Assembly (NCBI GenBank): GCA_937902735.1
Contig: CALELS010000015.1
Location: forward strand, 154,744-218,743
DNA length: 64,000 nucleotides
DNA from: an uncultured Bacillales bacterium
Lineage (GTDB): Bacteria > Bacillota_I > Bacilli_A > RFN20 > CAG-826
Direction: 5' to 3'
A program made the translations under genes and the position numbers. Below the pieces are notes generated by a model. It had not been told where the DNA came from. It ran no database searches and saw nothing but the letters and a program-made list of their open reading frames with translations. Position 1 is the stretch's first letter. Every line of letters starts with the position of its first letter. Below, in pieces: positions 20,050 to 28,888 of the stretch.

Positions 20050-20658
20050 ATGCCTGTTAAAGCTTTTGATGAATTAAAAAGAGTATTCAACGAAAATAGA
20101 TTTCGTTTATTTATGATTGGTGGAACATCTCGTGACTATCTATTAAAAATAGATGTGCTAGATTTTGATTTTGTAACTGATGCGACTCCTAATGATATGA
20201 AAAAATTTCTACCAGAGGCAAATTATCGATTTGAAAAATATGGTAGCGTTCGTCTGAAAATGAATGGAGTTCATGTGGATATAACAACTCTTAGAAAAGA
20301 ATCGAAATACTTGGATAATAGACATCCTAGCGAAGTTATATTTACAAAAAAACTTGAAGAGGATTATATTAGACGCGATTTTACAATCAATGCTATATAT
20401 ATTGATGAAAATTACAAAATAGTGGACTTCTGCAGTGGAATTTCAGACTTAAATAACAAAATCATTCGCTTTATTGGTAATCCAGAAGAAAGGATTAAAG
20501 AAGATCCCCTTCGAATCTTAAGAGGTGAAAGATTTGCCAAACGACTTGCTTTTCTAATTGAAGAAAATACATTAAAAGCAATGGAAAAATATCGATATCT
20601 TCTTGATTATTTGAATCAAGAAAAAATTCGAGAAGAAAATGCTAAATCTTTTAAATAA
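20050..20658 (+). CDS. Minimal polymerase-beta-type nucleotidyltransferase of the CCA-adding/poly(A) polymerase family (head domain only, 202 aa)
   Basis: Class II tRNA-NT head motifs GGTSRDYLL ... DFDFVTDATP ... RRDFTINAIY; no body/tail domain, and the next gene (dnaD) starts 24 nt later. Confidence 0.55.
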   Translation: MPVKAFDELKRVFNENRFRLFMIGGTSRDYLLKIDVLDFDFVTDATPNDMKKFLPEANYRFEKYGSVRLKMNGVHVDITTLRKESKYLDNRHPSEVIFTKKLEEDYIRRDFTINAIYIDENYKIVDFCSGISDLNNKIIRFIGNPEERIKEDPLRILRGERFAKRLAFLIEENTLKAMEKYRYLLDYLNQEKIREENAKSFK

Positions 20659-20681
20659 TATTTGTTAATATATTAACCAAT

Positions 20682-21332
20682 ATGTCACCTGTACAAATGG
20701 AAGCTCTCGACTTCCGCTATCTATTACTTGAATATTATAAAAAGCTAAGGCTAAGTGAAAATGAATTAGCTGTAATTTTGATGATTGATCATCTTTTAGA
20801 GCAAAAAAATGTTTTAATTACACCTGATCTTTTATCTATTCGAATGAATCTTAAGATTAATGAAATTGACAAAATTATGGTTTCGTTGATTGATAAAGGT
20901 TTTCTTGACTATGATTTTTCAAAAAAAGTAAAAGTTTCTTTAAAACCTTTAAAAAAGGAATTGTATAAATATTTCCAAAACTCATTAGTTAAGGAACACG
21001 AAAATAGTTTCAATGAGAATAAAGCGGCGTTCTTAAAGAATATTTATGATGTCTTCGAAAAAGAACTTTCAAGATCTCTTTCTCCGCTTGAGATTTCGTT
21101 AATTGGAGAATGGGTTGATCAAGGATATACTGATGAAACTATTATAAATGCTTTAAAAGAAGCTCTTTCGAAAGGAAAGAAATCATTAAAATCTGTTGAT
21201 AAAATTTTGCTTCAATGGCAAGCAAGAGATGATTTAGAAAAGAATGGTTATACAACTATCTCTGAAAAATGGGATAAGAATATGGATGAAACCTTAAAAA
21301 TCATCAAAACTAAATGGGTTGATAATGACTAG
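20682..21332 (+). CDS. dnaD: DnaD-domain replication initiation/membrane attachment protein
   Basis: N-terminal winged-helix-like segment and C-terminal DDBH2-like region (LSPLEISLIGEWVDQGY ... KILLQWQARD); dnaD-nth adjacency as in B. subtilis. Confidence 0.55.
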   Translation: MSPVQMEALDFRYLLLEYYKKLRLSENELAVILMIDHLLEQKNVLITPDLLSIRMNLKINEIDKIMVSLIDKGFLDYDFSKKVKVSLKPLKKELYKYFQNSLVKEHENSFNENKAAFLKNIYDVFEKELSRSLSPLEISLIGEWVDQGYTDETIINALKEALSKGKKSLKSVDKILLQWQARDDLEKNGYTTISEKWDKNMDETLKIIKTKWVDND

Positions 21333-21942
21333 AAAATTAGAAGATATTTTTTCTTTTTTAGATAAAGAATATCCAAACGCTAAATGTGCTCTTAATTACA
21401 CGAAAGATTATGAGTTTTTAATTGCGGTTATGTTAAGCGCCCAAACAACAGATAACGCAGTGAACAAAGCAACTGCAGTTTTGTTTAAAAAATATCCAAC
21501 TATTGAATCACTTGCTAATGCAGATTTAAAGGATGTAACAAGAATCATTTCCTTCCTTGGAATGTACCAAAAGAAGGCAGAAAATGTTATCAGTATTTCA
21601 AAACTTTTAATTAGGGATTTTGATGGAAAAGTACCCAACAACCCCGCTTATTTGGTCACTTTACCTGGTGTTGGAAACAAAACTAAAAATTGTGTATTAG
21701 GTGAATTATATAATGTTCCTTTATTAGCTGTTGACACCCATGTTCAACGTATCTCAAAACGATTAAAACTTGTTGATGAAAATGATAGTGTGGAAACAAT
21801 CGAAAGAAAGCTGACAAAATTAATTCCGCAACAAAGATTAATTAAAACGAATCATCAAATTATTTGGTTTGGAAGATCCAGATGTAAAGCAATGCACCCA
21901 TTGTGTAAAGACTGCCCACTAGCAGAATACTGCAAATATTAA
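21319..21942 (+). CDS. nth: Endonuclease III (DNA glycosylase/AP lyase) with 4Fe-4S cluster
   Basis: HhH-GPD motif LPGVGNKTKNCVL and C-terminal CKAMHPLCKDCPLAEYC cluster. Confidence 0.85.
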   Translation: MIMTRKLEDIFSFLDKEYPNAKCALNYTKDYEFLIAVMLSAQTTDNAVNKATAVLFKKYPTIESLANADLKDVTRIISFLGMYQKKAENVISISKLLIRDFDGKVPNNPAYLVTLPGVGNKTKNCVLGELYNVPLLAVDTHVQRISKRLKLVDENDSVETIERKLTKLIPQQRLIKTNHQIIWFGRSRCKAMHPLCKDCPLAEYCKY

Positions 21943-22541
21943 AAATATTTTCTCTTAATTATAGGAAGATAATCTAAACGAGGTGAATAACCTCTTTTTA
22001 TTAATTCACCATTAAGTTTTATATCTTTATATGGAATTGATGCTCGTGGTTTACTCTCATAAAAATCAATTACATATTGAGCATCAATCAAATATGTTTC
22101 CTCATTGTTTTTGACAAATTCAATAATGAAAAATGCTATTCCTTTATGAGCAAGCACACCTTTTAAATGATTTATCTGTTGAAGAGGGATATTACTTAAT
22201 GAAAATGATGTTTTTGAATGAGTCGATTTGGCCTCAAAATCTATGTATTTTCCCATATATACTCCGTTATAATCTGTTGTAGATTGTTTTTCGAAATAAG
22301 CATTTGTGATAATTGCTCCTTTCGAATAATCAACCTTAACAACATTAATTGGAGTGGGTCTTTTTGTAACTAAGCATAAATTATTTTCTTTGTAATATTC
22401 GTTGGTTAAATTAATGTCATTTTCTAAATCCATTCCACGGTTACGTGTTGAAAGATGAAGTTTTGCACTAACTTCTTTTTTATTGTTTGTTTCATTTTTG
22501 ATAGCTTTTGTAGCTATTTTTCCGTTTGGGTAATTAATCAT
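21939..22541 (-). CDS. recU: Holliday junction resolvase RecU
   Basis: Close to B. subtilis RecU along the whole length (MINYPNGK ... NRGMDLENDIN ... KRPTP ... TTDYNGVYMGKYIDFEAK ... YSPRLDY). Confidence 0.85.
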   Translation of the reverse strand: MINYPNGKIATKAIKNETNNKKEVSAKLHLSTRNRGMDLENDINLTNEYYKENNLCLVTKRPTPINVVKVDYSKGAIITNAYFEKQSTTDYNGVYMGKYIDFEAKSTHSKTSFSLSNIPLQQINHLKGVLAHKGIAFFIIEFVKNNEETYLIDAQYVIDFYESKPRASIPYKDIKLNGELIKRGYSPRLDYLPIIKRKYF

Positions 22542-23269
22542 TATTCGACAGCCTTTTTAATAAGTTCATCAAATTCTTCAACTGTGATTGCTCGTTTCTC
22601 TTTGATGATTATCTCAAGCATGTCGTGTAGCGGAAGAGGGAGATGTCTTTGTTTTAGTAAAACATTGCGGTACTCTCTATCCAAAATATCTTTTCTCTCT
22701 ATAACTTTCTCGAATAAATAAACAAGATTATATGTATCTGCCAACGCATTATGTTGTTGGCCTTTAAAATCAAATTCAAAAACTTTTAATAAATTTGCTA
22801 GCGAATAATTATTTCCGTTTTCATCTAAAACATATCGAGAAATAAATTCTGCAAAATCAAAATTATGTTTAATCATTAAATGAACATCTTCTTTTGGAGC
22901 GTCCAAATTATACGCTAGAGATTGGGCTAAAATTCTTAAATCATGATTACCAAATGTAACAAATAAAACTTTAGAGAACTCTCTACCAAGATATTTTTTA
23001 AGTTCTTGGATAACTACTCTAAGTCTTTTACCTTTTTCTTTTAGATCAACTTCAGTAATTCCTGTTAAATCAGTAACAACTTTACCAATCTTGTTTTTTG
23101 CAATAACAAGTGAGTAATATCCTTTATGAATCTTTTTAATTGAACCATCTTTTTTTAAATCAACTTTAACTGCCCCAATAGCAATCATTTCATGAGAAAA
23201 TTGGGTTCCCTCTAAATCGAGGAAACATAATTTTTTGCGATTGTTGATTACTTTATTTAAGTCATTCAT
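22541..23269 (-). CDS. DEDDh 3'-5' exonuclease (DnaQ-like)
   Basis: Exo motifs FLDLEGT (I) and HNALADTYN (III); start placed at internal ATG 23269 (MNDLNK); stop overlaps recU start. Confidence 0.65.
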   Translation of the reverse strand: MNDLNKVINNRKKLCFLDLEGTQFSHEMIAIGAVKVDLKKDGSIKKIHKGYYSLVIAKNKIGKVVTDLTGITEVDLKEKGKRLRVVIQELKKYLGREFSKVLFVTFGNHDLRILAQSLAYNLDAPKEDVHLMIKHNFDFAEFISRYVLDENGNNYSLANLLKVFEFDFKGQQHNALADTYNLVYLFEKVIERKDILDREYRNVLLKQRHLPLPLHDMLEIIIKEKRAITVEEFDELIKKAVE

Positions 23270-23304
23270 AAATGCGAAAAATATAATATAGGAAAAAACA
23301 GACA

Positions 23305-23323
23305 AATACAAAATATTTGTATT
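23305..23323. promoter_or_regulatory. 19-bp palindrome AATACAAA-ata-TTTGTATT in the exo/recU versus gpsB divergent promoter region
   Basis: Perfect 8-bp arms read directly from sequence. Confidence 0.35.
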
Positions 23324-23351
23324 CTAAAATATATGCTTTATAATCATTTTC

Positions 23352-23714
23352 ATGGCGCACAAGTTGAACTTTACATCCAAGACTTTGCTCGAATATACAT
23401 TTGAAAAAAATGTAAGGGGCTATAATGCTTACCAAGTTGATAGCGTTCTTGATAAGGTAATCGAAGACCTACTATATTACGAAAATAGTGTCCAAGATTT
23501 AGAAAAAAAGAACGATAGACTTATTGCAAGATGTTCAACTCTTGAAGTCGAAGTTAAACAAAGAGATCTTAGGATTGCTGAGTTAACTAATAAACTTCCA
23601 TCTTTGAAGAACGATAAAAACATTTCGAGGGAAAATGTTAATCTTCTTAAAAGAATTGATGCCTTAGAAAAAGCCCTTTATCAAAAGGGTGTAGATCCCT
23701 CAAGAATTAAATAA
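23352..23714 (+). CDS. gpsB: DivIVA-domain cell-cycle protein GpsB
   Basis: DivIVA/GpsB N-terminal motif FEKNVRGYNAYQVDSVLDKVIED and coiled-coil; gpsB-rnpB adjacency as in B. subtilis. Confidence 0.65.
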   Translation: MAHKLNFTSKTLLEYTFEKNVRGYNAYQVDSVLDKVIEDLLYYENSVQDLEKKNDRLIARCSTLEVEVKQRDLRIAELTNKLPSLKNDKNISRENVNLLKRIDALEKALYQKGVDPSRIK

Positions 23715-24047
23715 TCTCCGACCTGGATAATTGCTTCGAAAGAAGAGGAAAGTCCATGCTCGCACTAACCTGTGATGGTAGTAGTGATTGTGCTAGCGGA
23801 AAAAATAACGCTAGGTATATGGGAGCATATAACGGCGAAACTAGTCTAAAACTTCGGTCATGATGATGTTTCTGAAAGTGCCACAGTGACGATATTGATA
23901 GAAATATCAATGTGGAACGGGTAAACCCCGCAAGCGAGAAACCCAAATTTGGTAGGGGAGGTTAGGAAAGAGAATCGAATCAATCCTAGCACACGTAAGT
24001 GTAGATAAATTATTATCCTAGACAAAACATGGCTTACAGGGTCGGAA
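23715..24047 (+). ncRNA. rnpB: RNase P RNA (type B, Bacillus-like, compact)
   Basis: GAGGAAAGTCCATGCTCGCAC, GAAAGTGCCACAGTGACGA, GGAACGGGTAAACCCCGCAAGCGAGAAACCCAAATTTGGTAGGGGA and ACATGGCTTACAGGG match B. subtilis rnpB almost base for base. P1 pairs TCCGACC with GGTCGGA. Confidence 0.9.
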
Positions 24048-24062
24048 CTCAAAAAGGAAACT

Positions 24063-24713
24063 ATGAACACACCAACTAAAATTACCGTTTCAAGAATTGC
24101 TCTAATTATCTTAATGTTATTAGGCTTATTTGTTTTGTCGTTCTTCCAAGGGTTTGAAATTTATGAAATCCCTTTAGGAAGTGTAAAGATTTCTGTTGTT
24201 TATTTAGTCTGTACAGTCATTTTTCTAGTAGCTGCTTTCACTGATTTTCTTGATGGTTACTTAGCTCGTAAAAATAATCAAGTTACTGATTTAGGAAAAT
24301 TCCTTGATCCTATTGCAGATAAACTTCTTGTTGATGGAATGATGATTTTCCTTTTAATCCCACAAGGATACGCTCCAAGTCATCAACGTGATTCTCTCTC
24401 AATTACTATATTAGCTTTCTGTGTAATCATTATGATTGCTAGAGATCTTATTGTTGATGCATTAAGATTAATTGCAGTTACTAAAAATCAAGTAATTGCA
24501 GCTAATATCTTTGGAAAAATGAAGACTGTTTTCCAAATGATTGCTATTCCTTTCTTATTATTAAATGATTTTCCATTTGCTTATTTTGATTCTTCTTGGC
24601 CTGATGCCTTAAGAATTAGTAATTTTATGTTCTATATTGCTACCATTATGAGTTTAGTCTCTGGCATAATTTATGTAGTACAAAACCATAAGGTTTTGAA
24701 AATGAAAAAATAA
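24063..24713 (+). CDS. pgsA: CDP-diacylglycerol--glycerol-3-phosphate 3-phosphatidyltransferase
   Basis: CDP-alcohol phosphatidyltransferase motif DFLDGYLARKNNQVTDLGKFLDPIADK; pgsA-cinA-recA synteny. Confidence 0.8.
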   Translation: MNTPTKITVSRIALIILMLLGLFVLSFFQGFEIYEIPLGSVKISVVYLVCTVIFLVAAFTDFLDGYLARKNNQVTDLGKFLDPIADKLLVDGMMIFLLIPQGYAPSHQRDSLSITILAFCVIIMIARDLIVDALRLIAVTKNQVIAANIFGKMKTVFQMIAIPFLLLNDFPFAYFDSSWPDALRISNFMFYIATIMSLVSGIIYVVQNHKVLKMKK

Positions 24714-24715
24714 AC

Positions 24716-25174
24716 ATGGATAAACTTCTTGAATTATTAAAAGAAAAGCACCTAACATTAGGTTCAATTGAATCAATGACTGGTGGTCTTTTTTCCGCCA
24801 CTTTTTGTGATGTTCCAGGCGCATCAAAAGTGTTCAAGGGTAGTATTGTTACTTATGCAACAAGCGAGAAAACAAGACTACTTGGAATGAATCCTCTAAC
24901 AATTGAAAAAGAAGGAGTTGTTTCAGAGGAAGTCGCTAAAGAAATGGCTCAAAAAGGAAAAGAAGTTTTAGATGTTGATGTTTGTGTATCAATCACTGGT
25001 AATGCCGGTCCAAGTGTTGAACCTGGAGGTAAACCAGTTGGTAGAGCATATGTTGGAATCTTTTATGCAGGTTTCACTAAAGTTTTTGAACTTAACTTAA
25101 AAGGCTCAAGAAATGAAATTAGAAAAGAAGCCATTTTTAAAATGGCTGATTTAGTAATTGAGACGATAAGATAA
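24716..25174 (+). CDS. cinA: CinA C-terminal domain protein (NMN deamidase PncC-like)
   Basis: LGSIESMTGGLF ... SITGNAGP motifs of the CinA C-terminal domain; 152 aa, so the N-terminal MocF domain is absent. Confidence 0.7.
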   Translation: MDKLLELLKEKHLTLGSIESMTGGLFSATFCDVPGASKVFKGSIVTYATSEKTRLLGMNPLTIEKEGVVSEEVAKEMAQKGKEVLDVDVCVSITGNAGPSVEPGGKPVGRAYVGIFYAGFTKVFELNLKGSRNEIRKEAIFKMADLVIETIR

Positions 25175-25237
25175 AGAATTTTTCACACTTTTTCTAAAAA
25201 ATCCGCTGATAGTATAAGTGTAGGAGAAAAAACGAAA
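25175..25237 (+). repeat. Copy A of a ~55-nt conserved 5' leader element (TTTTTCACAC-TTTTTCTAAAAA-TCC..CTGATAGTATAAGTGTAGG) ending in the recA RBS
   Basis: Near-identical to the element upstream of the ABC transporter at 34012-34068; palindromic core TTTTT(CT/AG)AAAAA. Confidence 0.5.
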
Positions 25238-26242
25238 ATGAATAAAAAAGTAACAAACTGCGAAAACATAGACGCTCTTGAGAGTGTTTTGAAAGACATT
25301 GAAAAAACATTCGGCAAGGGTTCTGTCATGAAATTAGGTCAAAGACCTACTGTTGATGTTAACGCTATTCCTTCTGGTTCACTTTTGGTTGATCAAGCTC
25401 TTGGTATTGGCGGATACCCACGTGGACGTATTGTTGAGATTTATGGTCCAGAGTCATCCGGAAAAACTACTCTTGCTTTGACTGCAATTGCAGAATGTCA
25501 GAAAAAGGGCGGAAAAGCCGCTTTTATTGATGCTGAACATTCTATTGATCCGGTGTATGCAAAGAATCTTGGCGTTAATATCAATGAATTAATTTTGTCA
25601 CAACCAGATTGTGGTGAGGAAGCTCTTGAAATAGTAAATATGTTAGCAAGTAGCACTGCTATTGATTTAATTATTGTTGATTCAGTTGCAGCATTAGTAC
25701 CACAAGCCGAAATTGAAGGTGAAATGACCGATAATACCGTCGGAGGACAAGCTAGACTTATGTCTAAAGCTTTACGAAAACTCGCCAGTGTATTAAACAC
25801 AAACCAATGCACGATTATCTTTATTAATCAATTACGTGAAAAAGTAGGCGTTGTCTATGGAAATCCAGAAACAACCACTGGTGGACGTGCATTAAAGTTT
25901 TATGCTTCAGTTAGAATTGATATTCGTAGAGCAGATGCCATCAAAGATGGTTCTGAGGTTGTCGGAAATACAGTCAATGTTAGAATTGTAAAAAATAAAG
26001 TTGCACCACCATTCAAAAATGCGCAAATCGAAATCATTTATGGCAAGGGTATTTGTAAGAATTCCGAAATACTTAGTCTAGGTGTTGATCTTGGCATTAT
26101 CAAAAGATTTGGAAGCTGGTACGAATATAACGGCAACAGATTTGCGAATGGCAAAGAAGCTGGAAAACGTTATCTAGATGAACATCCAGAATTAGCGGAA
26201 GAATTAATTAAACTAATAACTACTGGCGAAATCCAAAAGTAA
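25238..26242 (+). CDS. recA: Recombinase RecA
   Basis: Walker [11 protein letters not shown]1/L2 loops, 334 aa. Confidence 0.95.
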   Translation: MNKKVTNCENIDALESVLKDIEKTFGKGSVMKLGQRPTVDVNAIPSGSLLVDQALGIGGYPRGRIVEIYGPESSGKTTLALTAIAECQKKGGKAAFIDAEHSIDPVYAKNLGVNINELILSQPDCGEEALEIVNMLASSTAIDLIIVDSVAALVPQAEIEGEMTDNTVGGQARLMSKALRKLASVLNTNQCTIIFINQLREKVGVVYGNPETTTGGRALKFYASVRIDIRRADAIKDGSEVVGNTVNVRIVKNKVAPPFKNAQIEIIYGKGICKNSEILSLGVDLGIIKRFGSWYEYNGNRFANGKEAGKRYLDEHPELAEELIKLITTGEIQK

Positions 26243-26489
26243 GATTTGTAAGAACTCTCGTAAGGGAGTTTTTATTTTATAATTTTGTTTTAAAACAACG
26301 TTCGTATTGTTATAATACTTTCGTATCTCTTGAAGATACTTATTCATAGATTATCTGATAAATTCCATTATTCGATAAATTCTATATTCATCTTAATATA
26401 TGTCGATTTTTTGATATTCTTTTGAATAATAAGATGATTTTTTTGAAACTTATCTATTTATAGATAATCTCATTAAAAGGAGGACAAAA
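26243..26489 (+). promoter_or_regulatory. rny promoter and long structured leader (extended -10 TGTTATAAT, hairpin GTATCT/AGATAC, direct repeats GATAAATTC x2, palindrome TATCTAT-TT-ATAGATA before the RBS)
   Basis: All elements read directly; 247-nt AT-rich intergenic region. Confidence 0.4.
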
Positions 26490-28103
26490 ATGAACTTTTT
26501 AGAAAACATTGTTTTTGCGTCCATTGTCGATCTTGATGCATTAGGTATCTTATTCATCATCATCCTTTCAGTTCTCACTTTAATTATCGGAGCAGGTGTT
26601 ACTGCTCTAATCTTCATTTTTCTTCCTATTATTAAAGGAAAGAAAGCAGAAAAGAAATCTGAAAAGATTATTCGTGATGCTGAAATTAAAGCCGAACAAA
26701 TACGTAAAAACGCTCAACTTGATGGTAAACAAACCGTTCAAGAACTCAAAGCCGAAGCTGAGAAAGATATTCGTGAAAGAAAACAAGAATATGCTCAACT
26801 CGAAAACAAACTCAATCAACGCGAACAAAACATTGATCGTCGTGATGCTAACTTAACAAACAAAGAACAAGCAATTGAATCCAAAAATGAACTTCTTAAT
26901 CACAGACTCAAAGAATGTGATAAGAAAGAAGCAATTCTTCAAGAGAAGATTGATTCAATCATTGTCGAACTTGAAAAAGTTGCCCAACTTTCAGTTAATG
27001 AAGCAAAAACTGAAATCTTTAATCGTGTTGAATCAAAAATGTCTCGTGAAATTGCTCTTTATATGAAAAACAAAGAAGAAGAGGCTGAAAGAACAGCCGA
27101 AGAAAAGGCTAAAAATATTTTAGGACAAGCTATTTCTAAATTCTCACAAGACGAAGTCAGTGAACGTACAGTAAGTGTAATCCCATTACCAAGCGACGAA
27201 ATGAAAGGTCGTATCATTGGTCGTGAAGGAAGAAACATTCGCTCATTTGAACAATTATTAGGAGTTGACTTAATTATTGATGATACTCCAGAAGTTATTA
27301 CTGTTAGCTGCTTTAATCCAATCCGTCGTGAAATGGCAAGACGAGTCCTCGATATTTTAATTAAGGATGGTCGTATTCAACCAGGACGCATTGAAGAAGT
27401 TGTTGCTAAAGTACAAGCTGATATGGATGCTCAAATCCAAAAAGCTGGTGAAGATGCAGCCTTTAAACTTGGCTTACCTAAGATTAATCGTGAACTTTTA
27501 ACATATGTTGGAAGACTAAAATACCGTACTTCCTATGGTCAAAATGCTTATGATCACTCGATGGAAGTCGCCTATCTTGCTGGCATTATGGCAGCAGAAC
27601 TTGGTCTTGATCAAAATCTCGCTAAACGTGCCGGTTTATTACACGATATTGGTAAATCCGTTGATTTCGAACAAGAAGGAAGTCACGTTGAACTTGGCGC
27701 TCACCTTGCAAAGAAATATGGTGAACCAGATGTTGTTATTAACTCCATTGAATCTCACCATGGTGATGTTCCAGCCAAATCAGTAATTGCTAACTTAGTC
27801 CAAGCTGCTGATACTTTAAGTGCTGCTCGTCCTGGCGCTAGAAGTGAAACGCTTGAAAACTATGTTAGAAGAATTGAACAACTTGAAGACATTTGTAAAT
27901 CTTATGAAGGTGTTTATCAATGCTTTGCTATGCAATCTGGTCGCGAAGTCCGTGTTATGGTTCTTCCAGATAAGATTGATGATGTTCAAGCATTTAAGAT
28001 GGCTCACGATATAAAAGAGCGCATTGAAAATGAAATGACATATCCAGGTCAAATTAAAGTCTCCGTTATTCGTGAATATCGTGCTATAGAAACTGCTAAA
28101 TAA
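26490..28103 (+). CDS. rny: Ribonuclease Y
   Basis: N-terminal TM anchor, coiled-coil, KH domain ([15 protein letters not shown]) and HD domain (LLHDIGK); recA-rny-ymdB synteny. Confidence 0.9.
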   Translation: MNFLENIVFASIVDLDALGILFIIILSVLTLIIGAGVTALIFIFLPIIKGKKAEKKSEKIIRDAEIKAEQIRKNAQLDGKQTVQELKAEAEKDIRERKQEYAQLENKLNQREQNIDRRDANLTNKEQAIESKNELLNHRLKECDKKEAILQEKIDSIIVELEKVAQLSVNEAKTEIFNRVESKMSREIALYMKNKEEEAERTAEEKAKNILGQAISKFSQDEVSERTVSVIPLPSDEMKGRIIGREGRNIRSFEQLLGVDLIIDDTPEVITVSCFNPIRREMARRVLDILIKDGRIQPGRIEEVVAKVQADMDAQIQKAGEDAAFKLGLPKINRELLTYVGRLKYRTSYGQNAYDHSMEVAYLAGIMAAELGLDQNLAKRAGLLHDIGKSVDFEQEGSHVELGAHLAKKYGEPDVVINSIESHHGDVPAKSVIANLVQAADTLSAARPGARSETLENYVRRIEQLEDICKSYEGVYQCFAMQSGREVRVMVLPDKIDDVQAFKMAHDIKERIENEMTYPGQIKVSVIREYRAIETAK

Positions 28104-28105
28104 TT

Positions 28106-28888
28106 ATGAGAATCCTTTTCTTTGGTGATATTGTTGGTCGTGTTGGTCGACGTGCGATAAAAACATATATCGATAAACTTGTGGAAAAATACCACATTGA
28201 TTTTGTTATTGCTAATGGCGAAAACGCAACACATGGAAAAGGATTAATTGAAAAACATTACAACGAATTAATTGATGCCGGCGTTGATTGCATTACCCTA
28301 GGTAATCATTATTTATCTAAGTCAGATATTAATAATTACATTGATGATGCAACTTGTCTTGTTAGACCAGCCAATTTATTAAATAGCTTTGGTGGCGTCG
28401 GCTCAATTATATTCGATGTAGGAGGCACAAAGGTCAGGGTTAGTAACATTCTTGGTTCGGCTTTTATGAAAGAAGAAGTTAGTAATCCTTATCTTTCATT
28501 GAAAGAAATTATTTCTGAAAGTGACCCTTGTATTCATATTGTTGATTTTCATGCTGAAGCAACTGGTGAAAAAATGTGTTTTGCATATGCTTTTGATGGA
28601 CAAGTTTCAGCTGTTTTAGGTACACATACTCACGTTCAAACTAATGATGCAAGAATACTAGATAATGGAACTGCATTTATTAGCGATGTTGGAATGTGTG
28701 GTGCATACAATGGCGTTCTTGGTTTTGATAAAGAAAGTGTAATGAACAAAACATTATTTGGTAGTGAAACAAGATTTTCAATTAATGAAAATGACACACC
28801 ACTTATAAGTGCAGTTGTTTTAGATATTGATGAACTTACATTTAAAACTAAAGAATTTTTCTCGCTTTATATTAAAGGAGAGAATTAA
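28106..28888 (+). CDS. ymdB: 2',3'-cyclic-nucleotide phosphodiesterase YmdB (metallophosphoesterase)
   Basis: MRILFFGDIVGRVGRRA ... VIANGENATHGKG ... LGNH calcineurin-like motifs; YmdB family. Confidence 0.8.
   Translation: MRILFFGDIVGRVGRRAIKTYIDKLVEKYHIDFVIANGENATHGKGLIEKHYNELIDAGVDCITLGNHYLSKSDINNYIDDATCLVRPANLLNSFGGVGSIIFDVGGTKVRVSNILGSAFMKEEVSNPYLSLKEIISESDPCIHIVDFHAEATGEKMCFAYAFDGQVSAVLGTHTHVQTNDARILDNGTAFISDVGMCGAYNGVLGFDKESVMNKTLFGSETRFSINENDTPLISAVVLDIDELTFKTKEFFSLYIKGEN

Noticed and set aside
23707-24070. Two minus-strand ORFs (79 and 70 aa) in the track
   Set aside because: They lie entirely inside the RNase P RNA gene; no SD, and the translations are nonsense
25175-25237. LexA/Cheo box (GAAC-N4-GTTC) upstream of recA
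   Set aside because: No match in the 63-nt recA upstream region; the AACGTTCG at ~26290 downstream of recA does not fit the Cheo consensus either
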